DNA of 39,809 nt from assembly GCF_006345805.1 (NCBI RefSeq), contig NW_021835493.1:1-39809 (forward strand), in the 5' to 3' direction. Below the pieces are notes generated by a model that searched no databases, was not told the DNA's origin, and saw nothing but the letters and a program-made list of their open reading frames with translations. Each line of letters begins with the position of its first letter. Position 1 is the first letter of the stretch. Below, in pieces: positions 21,405 to 33,832 of the stretch. The stretch is from Octopus sinensis (Eukaryota). The translations under genes and the position numbers were made by a program.

Positions 21405-24400
21405 ATTCCCCTTGTCTGCCAAGGATGGGCGGTAGTGGCACCGCGGTACTTTTTCGCAAGAGTCTGGATCTCAAAGTAAAGACATTCGTAGACCCGGAGG
21501 TTATACTGGTCATCCTGGATGTCGACGGCAGCAATGGGTGCGCTTTTCGACTCGTATCAGTCTACGCACCACCTTTAACAGGTCGGGCGGATTTCTTTCA
21601 ACGTCTAGAAGCATTCTTGGGAACGTCTCGTCCTTTACTCTTAGTGGGGGATTGGAATGCTACCTTGGACACGCATGTATACTACGTGGGCAGAGATAGG
21701 AATAGACGGGGATGCAAATGCCTCAGATACATGCTCAGACGCTTTCAACTGTCTGACTGGTACCGACTCGACCACCCGAATGCGCCAACGTGGACATGGA
21801 GCAACCGTATCGGGTCGTCGAGATCGTATCTAGATAGGATACTGTGTAGGACAGTAGATATAGATAGCGTAGGATGTCCACAATTCCACATAGTCAGCTA
21901 CACAGATTACAAACTTGTGACATGTACGCTAGACTTAGGTAAGACACTTAGGCAGGGTCCCGGATACTGGAAACTAAACGCGTCTTTCCAATCGAGATAG
22001 GTTTTCAGAGACCGGATTAGCACACAAGTAAAGAGGGCTTTGACGTGAGCCATCATCAACAACAAATGGTGGTTTGCCCTCAAGAGAGCAGTAAAAGCAG
22101 AAGTGATTAGGTACAGCAAAGCACTAGCCATAGATAGAAACAGGGTAGAGGGGGAGCTAGTTTAGAAGCTAGAAGGGGCAATTAGAAGCGGCATCGCATC
22201 CAACGTTTTGGCGGCGAGGTTGGCCCTCGACCAACACTTCAACGCCAAACACGAAGGGTGTATTGTCAGAGCTAGGATGCATGCTTTAAGGAACGAAGGT
22301 GTTGGAGCCGCGCGAGAGGCCCGGATGGCAGAGGCGCAACAGAGCAACAAAGCCACCATTCGGTCTCTGGTAGATTTACAGGGGCGCGAATTGCTCGAGC
22401 CAAGTAAAATGTGTGAGGCTTTTCAGCAGCATTTTGCCCGACTGTTCGGGACGAGTGGCGGGCAAGAACGTCGGGTGGACTTCAGTGCCTACCTACACAG
22501 CCTATCACGACTCTCGACAAGAGAGGCAGGGAGCTGCGGAGGTGCCATCACGGCGGCGGAAGTGAAGGATGCAATGGCAGAATGCTCGAGGGACAAATTG
22601 CTGGGTTTGGATGGTCTACCCTACGAACTTTACAGTTGTATGCCAGACTTGTTTGGAGATGTCTTGGCAGCGGTGTACTGCAACTGGCAGCAAAACGAGA
22701 GCATTCCTGGTTTTGTGAGCCGAGGAGCCGTAACACTGCTGAAGAAAGATCTAGGCAAGGTGGGTGTAATAGATAACTTTAGGCCCATCACTCTGCTTAA
22801 TGCAGACTTGAAAATTTTGGCCAAGGTGTTAGCCAAGTGGTTGGCACTTGTCATCGAGAAACTGGTCGACAAGGCGCAAACGTGCGCCGTGCCGGACCGG
22901 ACCATCCATTACAACCTCCACCTGACGCGCTACATCATAGACAGGGTAGTTAAGGAACCTGGCATGGGTGGGGCGCTGATCAATTTGGATCAATCGAAAG
23001 CTTTCGATACGGTGGACCATAAATATTTGGTGGCTGTCCTCAGAGCGGCTGGTTACGGTCCCGTCTTCCGCAGCTGGATAGCCGTTTTGTACAGAGGTAT
23101 CCACTCGGTAATTCGCGTAAATGGACATCTATCGAGACCTTTCGACATTGCACGTTCGGTCCGTCAGGGATGCCCCTCTCGTCGCTTCTCTATGTATTGA
23201 CTCTCGAGCCATTATTGCGGAAGCTGGCAATTCTGAGAGGTATCCCGCGAGATTTGGAATTCGGGACGAGCGTGTCTGCATACGCGGACGACGTAACCGT
23301 CATAGGGTCAAGCTACGAGCACATCAAGCTGGTCGGCGAGACACTGAAAGATTACGAAGCGGTGACAGGTGCGAAAATCAACCGGGAAAAATCAGTGGGC
23401 TTGCGACTCGGCACCTGGAGAAGCAAGCCCATACCGTCCACCAGCGCCTCCGTCATGGGACGCTGGACCGACGGTCCGGTCGAGTTTCTCGGGGTCTGGT
23501 TTGGTCCGGACCTCCAAATGAAGAAAAACTGGAACGAGATAACGAGTAGGGTGGTCACTCTCGCCCGGCAATGGGCCGAGAGGAAACTGTCCCTAAAAGG
23601 TCGGGTGGAGGTGGCGAACTCGTACATCGCGTCCGTCATCTACTACCACCTGACCGTCGTACCTTGTCCCGACCCTACCATCACCAAGCTAGAACGCATT
23701 CTCTTTCGCTTCTTTTGGAAAGGATGCGTCCCGATGCACCCGTTAAAATGAAGACTGGGCATGCCGTGGTTGATGATGCGCAGACACGCGCTGAGACTGC
23801 GACATCTCAGGCTCTACGCAGTCGTGGATCAAAAAGAGGCCAAGGAAGGGCGAATGTCACCGCGAGTGTCGCGTTGCTCTCAAGCAACTATGCCGTCCCG
23901 GGTCGACCTTGAGTGACTTCAATACAACCAAAGCATTCTATAGGGGATTAGTGGAGGGGAGATACGACGACGAGCTCGGGGCGAACCTGGACGACGATGA
24001 GGAATACATGACCCGCCTGTTCAGGGCGACTTTCGGGCCAGGGCCCATGGATAACTTCCAGAGATCCCTGGCCTGGCAGTGCTACCGTTCGGAATAAGCT
24101 CTACAGACACGGCTCGAGAAACACGGGGCCGACCTGCCCGAGATACGTTAGATCGACGAAACCGTTCTGCACGCACTCGTGCAGTGTCCAACAATTTCCA
24201 ACAATTTTCCGACAATTTCCGGCTTATGTCGAACGACTGCTGTCACGTGTGGGACGAGTCGGTTTATTAGCCGTGTCTATAGTCAATATTGTCACGCCTC
24301 CTTCCTTCAAACGGGAAGGAAGAGCTATTTTCATCATCCCTGTGGCTATGGCGAAAGAATGCATCTGGTGGACGCGTCTGAAAGGATGGGAGACAAACAC

Positions 24401-24897
24401 TTTCCTCTCTGGTCAATCTCTCATCAACTTCTTCAAGTACCACTTGAAAAGGAAAGTGAGAGTAGAGAGGCAAGTTTTGTCTAGCGAATGTTTTAAAAAA
24501 TAATGGGTGAATGTAGCAAGGATGGCACGTATGAATGACAAAGCCATCTTGAGCATAATCCTATGAACCCGGAAATTTAAAACAGATGGTTACCTACTTG
24601 CAAACAAATGTGGTAACATCTAACATCATTGACCGAGGTTACCGAGGTTCCGTAGGCTTTTCTTCCCACGGATAAACCTTATCTGCTTCCCCCTTTACAC
24701 TTTACATCATCACACTGTGATACATGATCCCTATTGATCGTTTTTCTCCCTTTTTTCTCTTCTTTTTTCTTCTCTCCCTTTACGATCCCTTTTGATCGAA
24801 AACCTAACCCACCTTATTTATTCTCTCCCCCCAAAAGAAAATCTCTACTTTGTAATCTGTCCCGTCTGTATGCAACCCTGTGTGGCTAATAAAGAAA
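21405..24897 (+). mobile_element. 5'-truncated L1/Tx1-type non-LTR retrotransposon (APE endonuclease, RT, zinc knuckle), inactivated
   Basis: APE motifs LVSVYAP, LVGDWNA, TWTW, SYLDRILC; RT motifs GLDGLPYELY, NFRPITLLNADLKILAKVLA, LDQSKAFDTVDH, SVRQGCP, SAYADDVTV; TCPR..ETVLHALVQCP near 24130-24190. Several stops, frameshifts and internal deletions. The 3' UTR has AATAAA at 24888-24893. Confidence 0.95.
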
Positions 24898-24899
24898 CA

Positions 24900-24911
24900 T
24901 ATCTCTCTATG

Positions 24912-24943
<32 letters not shown>

Positions 24944-25011
24944 TGTATGTATGTATGTATGTATCTATCTATCTATCTATCTCTATCTATCTATCTATCT
25001 ATCTCTATCTG

Positions 25012-25086
<75 letters not shown>

Positions 25087-25110
25087 GTCTGTCTGTCTGT
25101 CTGTCTATCT
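24900..25110. repeat. (TATG)n-(TATC)n-(TGTC)n at the 3' junction of the LINE
   Basis: Direct read. Confidence 0.95.
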
Positions 25111-26149
25111 ATTTTCAGTTATCTATTATCGTTCTTTACGATTGTGCCTACCCGCCACCCTTGAAGAAGTCTAAATTAACCTCGATCGATTATTTGGTTA
25201 TATCGATACGCCAGTGATATTAATTTCAAACATGATGGTTCGATCAAACAAGCAGTTAAGTTTTAAAAAGTAAGGCGCGCTATATTTTAAACTCAACAAA
25301 CTGGTGACAAATATATAATAATTCTAAGAACTCTATGAAGAGCATTTCGCTTGTTTTCTAAATAAGCAGTCGTAGTTGGTTAGATGAAGTACAACAAGGG
25401 ATTCTCAAAGACGAGTAATAAAGTAAATATGTATATTTGGTTTCACAGCCATTTTACCATTTTACCATTTTTGCTGCTGCTAAAATATGAGGAATGTGAA
25501 AGACATTAGGTGAATTCAATATATTTAGAGATCAGACACAGGCGAAGAGTAGCTACATTGGCATTTGTTGGATTAGCAAAACTGAGGAGCCAAGAGAAGA
25601 CATAATTCCAATTCCTGCAAGAGAGTTCCTTTTATCAAGAATGCCAAAGACCAAGGAGGGGTGAAATATAACACAAGAAAATTAGTCAATCACCGACAAA
25701 GAATTTTTGACAGAATCAGAGGCAAAGGGAGAAAAAAGACTTATTGAAGGTGCTGCGGATACCAAATCTCGCGTTTCGCGATGCGAACTTGAAATTCTTA
25801 CAAGCATGTGTCTAAGTTGCACATATCAGCTCCACTTTATTTGACTCTCGAAAACAAGATGGTACTGATATGGATATATAAATGCATATATATATATACC
25901 AAATATATACGTTTTTATTATTATTTTGCAATTATTTTGCAATTTACTTAATCATCGTTATATTATTGTTATTTTAATTTTAATTTTTCTATTATATGTA
26001 ATTTTCTAGTTGGCATTGTTTAATTGTTTATTTTGAATTGATAAAAGGTGTTTTTTTTTCTAACTTTTATATATATATAAATTATATTTTGTGAAATTTG
26101 ATTTAGTATTTCTAAATTCAATTTTTCCCTGTAAGTTAGGAATAATATT

Positions 26150-26163
26150 CCCTCTAATTATTA

Positions 26164-26208
<45 letters not shown>

Positions 26209-26617
26209 TATTATGTGTGTGTGTGTGTGTATGTGTGTGTGTGTTATGTTATATGTTATATGCTGGGGTCTTTATGCATATGTGTGTGTATGTATGTGTG
26301 CATGTATACATACAGGAAGACAGGAAGAGCGAGGACATGAGAATGTGAGAGAAAGAGGGCTCTGCAATTCCGTTAGTCATACCGTCAAACATTCTATGCT
26401 TCTTCTGTAATCTATCTTGGAGAAATTTCCTTATTTAAAAAAACCCAAAAAATTAAGCGATATAATATTGAAGAGAGTGAAGTAAGCTAGAAGAGAATGC
26501 GAAGAGTGGAATAGAATTTACCGAAATAAGTTTGAATAATTGAGAAAGAAAATACGGAAAGAAAGAAAGCAAAAAAGACAAGATATTGTAAAAGTATGTT
26601 TGTGTGGATATGTGCAT

Positions 26618-26666
<49 letters not shown>

Positions 26667-27059
26667 TATTTTAGTATGAGTCTTTTATGTATGCAGGTGC
26701 GACGAATGTATGATGTGTTTGTATACATACATATATTGCATACATACAACATACATACAAGTCCATGCATACACACACTTATATATATATACACATACGT
26801 ACATACATAAATATATATATTCATACACACATATACATACATACATATATATATATATATATGCAAAAAGGTATGTGTGTATATAGATACGTGAACGTAT
26901 TTATACACACACACACACACATATATATATGAATATATATATATATATATATATATGTAAATTATATATATATGTATATATACATGCGTGTGTGTATATA
27001 CGGGTATGTATGTATATATATATATATATATATTTGCATGAATGTATACACATATATAT

Positions 27060-27099
<40 letters not shown>

Positions 27100-27313
27100 G
27101 ATGTGTATGTTAACATACATGTGTGCATACGTACATACATATGCATGAATGTATGAGTGCGATAAAATTTTTGTTCTTTGCGTCGAGGTTTTATATGTAT
27201 ATAATTAAATGTTAATACATAGATACACCTCGGAACGAATGTATAAAAAGTAAATTTATACAACTCTATATAATATCTAATTATTCTGTTCCGGTATACA
27301 TACATACATTCAT

Positions 27314-27344
<31 letters not shown>

Positions 27345-27900
27345 TATATATATATATATTATATATATATATAATGTATATGTGTGTGTATATATGTATA
27401 CATTATATATTACACACACACACACACACATATATATTCTTAAGCATATATCTACACCGACATAAGTATATATGCACAACTTACGTGATCACAAATGTGT
27501 ATATATACATAAGCGTATATACATGTGTGTATATGTGAGAGTGTGCGCATAAATGTATTCATGTATGTGATATGAATATATATGTGTGTGTGTGTATATA
27601 TATGCATGTATATATATATACATGTGTATACAAATATGAATTATATATGTATATATGTTGGTGTATACATAATGTAAAAGAATTTGGAGAGATCATAAAA
27701 TATTCACTATATAATCACGCATGCACACATTTATATCCAAATACATACACAAACGCACATATATATGCATATATACACACACGCACAGACATATATAGAC
27801 ATACACACACGGTATACTCTTAAGTACATATGTGTGTCCGCGCGTCTGTGCGTGAATATTTGCGCTCTTATGATATATAACACGTAGATGCCCATGAAAG

Positions 27901-27957
<57 letters not shown>

Positions 27958-28769
27958 TGTGTGTGTGTATATATATGTACAAAAGAAATAATACACACAT
28001 ACATACATACATACATGCATACATACATTGATACACTCACATACAAACACACGAACTCAGACACACATATATTTGTACATATATGTATATATATACAGTC
28101 AGTGAAGATGAATTTTTCTGTCTGAAGTAGGTGTTGTTTATTTATCTACCAAAGCAATCATCATCACATCATCATCATCATCCTCCTCATCATTATTACA
28201 ATGGCAACAACAACTACAACAACAACAACAACAACTATATCGCAACAACAACCATAGGCATTCAGAAAAATGAACCAAACGAATATAGAATTGTGTCGGA
28301 ATTTCAGCAAGATGGCAGCCAGCAACTTATAAATCTCCTTAAATGAAGCGAAAATAAACTGGCCTGTCGACGTTGCTTCACTGAGAAGAACAGCAACTTA
28401 ATTATGTCGGCGTTCCTTATAGCAATTCTGTAAATATTGCTGCGATAGATTCCCTTTTAAACTATTAGTTTTCCTTGATTGTTGCTTTAAATGACGGGTC
28501 ACGCGTTCTCTGTTATCTACCCCTGACTCTGTTTATCTTGTTATCTACCTATATGTCTGTCTTTGTATCCATCTCACTCAACACACACACACACACATAC
28601 ACACACGCATACAAACCACATTTGTGCGTATAAGTCTATCTATCTATCTATCTATCTATATATATATATGTATATATATGTATATGTATATATATGTATA
28701 TGTATATATATATATATGTGTGTGTGTGTATATATATGTTTATGTATATATATATATATGTGTGTGTGG

Positions 28770-28803
<34 letters not shown>

Positions 28804-29110
28804 TATGTGTATATATATATATATATCTGTCTGTGTGTCTGTCTGTCTCTCTGTCTGTCTTTCTGTCTGTCTGTCTGCTTGCTTGTTTGCCTGTCTGTCT
28901 GCCCTCCTGCCTTTCTGTCTGTCTATGTATGTATGTTATGTATGTATGTATCTATCTATCTATCTAACTATGAATATCTTTATAGATACACAAACACATG
29001 TGCGTGTGTGTGGATATGGTATAACTATATACATAAATCTATTCAAGCATCTGTATATTCACACATATATACACACATTTACATACAGATATATATGTTT
29101 GTGTGTATGG
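26150..29110. repeat. Dense block of TA/TG/CA/TATG/AAC/CAT microsatellites with short unique interruptions
   Basis: Direct read; source of the many YI/CV-rich pseudo-ORFs. Confidence 0.9.
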
Positions 29111-29469
29111 TAGATTGATATGTGTGCTACTCTGACTCCTCTCCACCTTGTAGACATGAATCTGTGCCAAATTATAGTAGAGAATTATGCCTTCATTATA
29201 AGATACACACATATTAGCACGCAAGCGCGCACACAGACATACTTATGTAAATTTGAAAATATTTTATTATTTATTAAATTGTGTATACCGTAGTGTCAGC
29301 TCTAACCAGTGATGGGGAATAAACGAACTTCACGTTAGTTAAAATATATTTGTGACTTATTTCAACTTCGAAAGATAAATGTACTGTAGTTTCCTTATGG
29401 AAAACGAAAAGGCTCGTTTTTGGTAAAATGTAACGAATGCCATGTTTGCCCAGTACCTTACTCTCGCAG

Positions 29470-29557
29470 ACTCCCAGATGTGTTTCTGATTTCTCGAACT
29501 CCCTCAGTAGAAGAGGCAACCCTGGGCAGATTCTATGATGCTTTTACACCTTTTACC
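29470..29557 (+). other. Candidate internal exon of an unidentified host gene (alternative acceptor would start it at 29454)
   Basis: CAG acceptors at 29451-53 and 29467-69, consensus donor ACC|GTAAGT at 29558; open frame (VPYSRR)LPDVFLISRTPSVEEATLGRFYDAFTPFT. No homology confirmed. Confidence 0.3.
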
Positions 29558-29662
29558 GTAAGTGAGAATTTGTTCTCCGTTGTTGCTGTTGTGAATTTGC
29601 CTTCAGATGTTGTACGATGTTACAAACTTATTTTAACAGACCCGAAGTTCGTAAATTATATG

Positions 29663-30046
29663 GAAGTACTCCGTCGGTTACGACGATGAGGGTTCCGGTT
29701 AATCCGAATATACGGAACAGCCTGCTCGTGAAATTAACGTGTAAGTGGCTGAGCACTCCACAGACACGTGCACCCTTAACGTAGTTCTCGAGGATATTCA
29801 GCGTGACACAGAGAGTGTCAAGGCCGGCCCTTTGAAATACAGGTACAAGAGAAACAGGAAGTAAGAGTGAGAGAAAGTTGTGGTGAAAGAGTACAGCAGG
29901 GATCACCACCATCCCCTGCCGGAGCCTCGTGGAGCTTTTAGGTGTGTTATCGCTCAATAAACACTCACAACACCCGGTCTGGGAATCGAAACCGCGATCC
30001 TACGACCGCGAGTCCGCTGCCCTAACCACTGGGCCATTGCGCCTCC
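29663..30046 (-). mobile_element. tRNA-derived SINE family B, tail variant 1
   Basis: Reverse complement of 1308-1690. Confidence 0.93.
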
Positions 30047-30335
30047 TGTAAATTATATACAAATACATTAAATGGATACGTTTATCATCTCGTTTCATAA
30101 AGCAATGAAATGGGCATTTAAAAGGAACGCTAGGTGTTTCTGTTTCCCCTTAATTTTCCATCAACGATTTTGTTGCGAAGTCGTTTGTAATCATAGATGT
30201 CAACCGTAACATAGGTAACGCACCTATGGCTGTGATTCTGAGGAAATACGAACTTTTATTTTAATCATTTTAATCAAACGAAAGTCTTATAGGTGGGGAA
30301 TTGTGCAAACGTGTACCTTTATCCCAAAATATATC

Positions 30336-30745
30336 TATTTATTTACTACCCACAAGGGGCTAAACACAGAGGGGACAAACAAGGACAGACAAACGGACTA
30401 AGTCGATTATATCGACCCCGGTGCGTAACTGGTACTTAATTTATAGACCCCGAAAGTATGAAAGGCAAGACCTGGCGGAATTTGAACTCAGAACTAACGC
30501 AGACGAAATACCATTTCTTTACTACCCACAAGGGCTAAACACAGAGAGGACAAACAAGGACAGACAAACGGACTAAGTCGATTATATCGACCGCCCGGTG
30601 CGTAACTGGTACTTAATTTATAGACCCCGAAAGGATGAAAGGCAAAGTCGACCTCGGCGGAATTTGAACTCAGAACGTAACGGCAGACGATAATACCGCT
30701 AAGCATTTCGCCCGGCGTGCTAACGATTCTGCCAGCTCGCCTATA
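30336..30745 (-). mobile_element. Tandem dimer of SINE family A inside a single 18 bp TSD
   Basis: TTTATCCCAAAATATATC at 30318-30335 and 30746-30763; two monomers joined at ~30512. Confidence 0.92.
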
Positions 30746-31172
30746 TTTATCCCAAAATATATCGACCGTCATTCGCATCTTACAAACACACACACACGCG
30801 CGCGCGCGCGCACACGAACACACACAAACATGAACGCACAAGCACATCATGGATCACATGTATTATCATTGCATAATCATTATATTCTTGATTAATCTGG
30901 TCCATTAATTATCGAAACGATTGCAAAGAATGGAATAAGGCAATGCCTCAACCTACAGTCTAGTATCCATTCTATAATAGTTTACGACTAAGAAATTCTC
31001 CCTGGAATCTCACTTCGTATGGAATGGGTTCCTTTAAAGGAATCTGTTCATTCCTATGCACTCTGTTAGTCAGTATTCACGGGGGTACCGAAGGCGATAA
31101 CTGCACGGCTTTCTCATTCCCTTGTAATCTGCAAATAGATTATATACGTATGTTTGTATCTATGTATGCATA

Positions 31173-31581
31173 GGCGCTGGAGTAGCTGTGTGGTAAGTAG
31201 CTTGCTAACCAACCACATGGTTCCGGGTTCAGTCCCACTGCGTGGCATCTTGGGCAAGTGTCTTCTGCTATAGCCTCGGGCCGACCAATGCCTTGTGAGT
31301 GGATTTGGTAGACGGAAACTGAAAGAAGCCCGTCGTATATATGTATATATATATATATATATGTGTGTGTGTTTGTGTGTCTGTGTTTGTCCCCCTAGCA
31401 TTGCTTGACAACCGATGCTGGTGTGTTTATGTCCCCGTTACTTAGCGGTTCGGCAAAACAGACCGATAGAATAAGTACTGGGCTTACAAAGAATAAGTGC
31501 CGGGGTCGAGTTGCTCGATTAAAGGTGGTGCTCCAGCATGGCCGCAGTCAAATGACTGAAACAAGTAAAAGAGTAAAAGAG
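31173..31581 (+). mobile_element. CORE-type tRNA SINE (family C), full length
   Basis: tRNA-like head, CORE-like GGCATCTTGGGCAAGTGTCTT, internal (TA)n(TG)n, tail GACTGAAACAAGTAAAAGAGTAAAAGAG. Confidence 0.94.
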
Positions 31582-31685
31582 ATTATGATACGTATATTCA
31601 TACATTCATAATGTATACATGTATGCATACATGTGTGTGAGTGTATGCATGTATTTATAAAAGAATAAAATAAGTGGGGTTAAAA

Positions 31686-31766
31686 TTTCCCAACAGCTGT
31701 TTCGGCAGCATTTTATTGATTCATTCTTAGATTATTTCATAGGAAAATCCGCCATCTTCAGGTTAT
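31686..31766 (-). ncRNA. Type I minimal hammerhead ribozyme motif of Penelope-like-element style, probably decayed
   Basis: Minus strand CUGAAGA (31761-55), U, stem II GGCGG/CUGCC extended by AUUUU/AAAAU, GAAA (31703-00), palindromic stem III CAGCUG, then UU|GGG. Stem I has only about 1 canonical pair. Confidence 0.6.
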
Positions 31767-32742
31767 TGTAAACAAAGAAACCGATAAAGAAGGTGTCAGT
31801 TTATTTGCTCACCAAGCCACATGATGGGAACTGAGACATTTTTGTTGAGAACAAAACAATATAAAGGCTGCTTATAAGACCAATAAGGGCAGAGTTCAGA
31901 AACTATCTTACTTCTCAAACCGTTATCTTAATTAGTTTTTAGCACAGGCTGGAAGGCCATGCAAGGTCATGGAAGTCATATAATAAATGGAAAAGAAAAA
32001 GTTTAAAAAAAAAACCGAAACGGGAATCCTACTCAGAAAAGATGAAGAGATAAGGCAAGAGAGTGTCAGCGCACACTCGCTATTAGAACATACATATAGA
32101 GTATACAACCTTAAATACATACACCTACACACACATACATCTGCCTATACATATACTAGACATCCACATACACACACATAAATTTACTTCTAATATAAGG
32201 ATAAATATTTTTTTAAAAAAATTTTGTCAGTTGCCACGATATTAAAAGACCTTTTAAGGTGAAAATTATAAACAATTATAAATAAGGGCAAAAGAAAAAA
32301 ATTCTATGACAATATCCTGAGAAATAGACTTTATATCGTCTATATTGTAAATATATATATGTGTGTGTGTGTGGTGTTTGTGTGTATGCACACATATACA
32401 TATATGCACACATATTTATACATATACATGTACGCACATATACATATATGCACAAGTACATACATATATACATGCATATATATAAATACACACGCACACA
32501 TATAGAAATATATATATATATATATATATGTATGTATATATAAAATATAATATATATATATATATATATATAGTGAAGTTTATTTGCCAGCAGAACGTGG
32601 CGATCCTATAAAGGACGATGTTATCGGTATTTAAGCCCCAGGAACAAGTCTTTTCCATCTGGTTATCAACACACAGTCTGTGTCCGTATAGTGTTTGCAA
32701 GGGAGGTTATCCCTCCTATCTCCAGCCTTACGTGATACTCAC

Positions 32743-32849
32743 AGATCATGGTTTCTGAGTGGATACCCGACTTCGGTGTGAGACAACCTCTGGCTGTTGA
32801 CGAAAGCTTTCTCCACTCGAAAACACTGTATATTCTTTAAGTTGCTGAC
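32743..32849 (-). other. Candidate exon on the minus strand
   Basis: Polypyrimidine TTGTTTTTCTTTTCTCTATACGAG acceptor and CT|GTGAGT donor; open frame VSNLKNIQCFRVEKAFVNSQRLSHTEVGYPLRNHD. No recognised homology. Confidence 0.25.
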
Positions 32850-33579
32850 CTCGTATAGAGAAAAGAAAAACAACTCTTTTAAATCTCTCAGCGAGAGACA
32901 TACAGTAACAGGCACAAACAAACACACACACACACACACACCCACACACAAACACACATACACACACACACACGCACGCATACATGTAGATATACCCATA
33001 CACAGCTATACACCTTTGTACATGTACGTATATGTATGAACTGACGTGTTTCTATATCCGTCCAAGGTTTTTCATAATTTCTGTCAGTCTTCGGAGAAGT
33101 GATTAAATTTACCACATTTGTAAAGCCTACTTGTTACTGCGCAGACTTGTTTCCCCTTTGAGAGGTCGCTAATATTCAAAATCAAGTGCTAAATACTTAT
33201 GATATGCAAATTAGTTTCTCGAGTTCTCTGAAGTTAAGGAATTGTGTGTAAAAGCTGACTGGCAGCTTATTTCTCTGGGATTGGTCAAATGATGTAGACA
33301 TGTCGGATGACTAATAGTAGTAGTAGTCGTACTACTACTACTACTACTACTCGTGATGCTGGACACTATGTTGCAAGATGCTATCTCTACAAGTTGTATC
33401 TCGGTGAAGCATTATATCGACAATAAAAGTCAAAATACTAATTCAAAAGATTTCATTATGACAAAGATGGCCAGTTATAAAACAAGGCTAAATTATCGGA
33501 AGGTTGATGTCTCCAGTACAAGCAATGTAGAAAATATTAATGAACTAAACATGCGTTGCCCAATTATTGATAAAGAGCC

Positions 33580-33832
33580 TTGAACTCGAATTATTTTTTC
33601 CAACAACGCCAGGGTCAGCCACATAGCAAATATCGATGCGCAAAGGGACAGCAACAGAGAGAAAGTTGTGGTGGTGAAAGAGTACAGCAAGGTTCACCAC
33701 CATGCCCTGCCGGAGTCTCGTGGAGCTTTGGGTGTTTTCGCTCAATAAGCACTCACATAGCCCGGTCTGGGAATCGAAACTGCGATCCTACGACTGCCAG
33801 TCGGCTGCCCTAACTACTGGGCCATTGCTCTC
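33580..33832 (-). mobile_element. tRNA-derived SINE family B head and body with a third 3' segment
   Basis: Matches family B from the head to CACCACAACTTTCTCTC (~33657), then continues TGTTGCTGTCCCTTTGCGCATCG..., unlike both other tails. Confidence 0.8.

Noticed and set aside
21293-22000. 235 aa ORF starting MEVTLRADVGV upstream of the LINE endonuclease
   Set aside because: The N-terminal extension only reads through (ATCT)n; LINE homology starts at ~21405, so this is not an intact ORF2.
33038-33100. Minus-strand CCGAAGA...GAAACACGTC, a hammerhead-like layout
   Set aside because: Core U4 is mutated and there is no convincing stem II; at best a very decayed relic.
33204-33211. Octamer ATGCAAAT and the nearby 76 aa ORF at 33353-33583
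   Set aside because: A single 8-mer is expected by chance in AT-rich DNA; the ORF has no recognisable motif.
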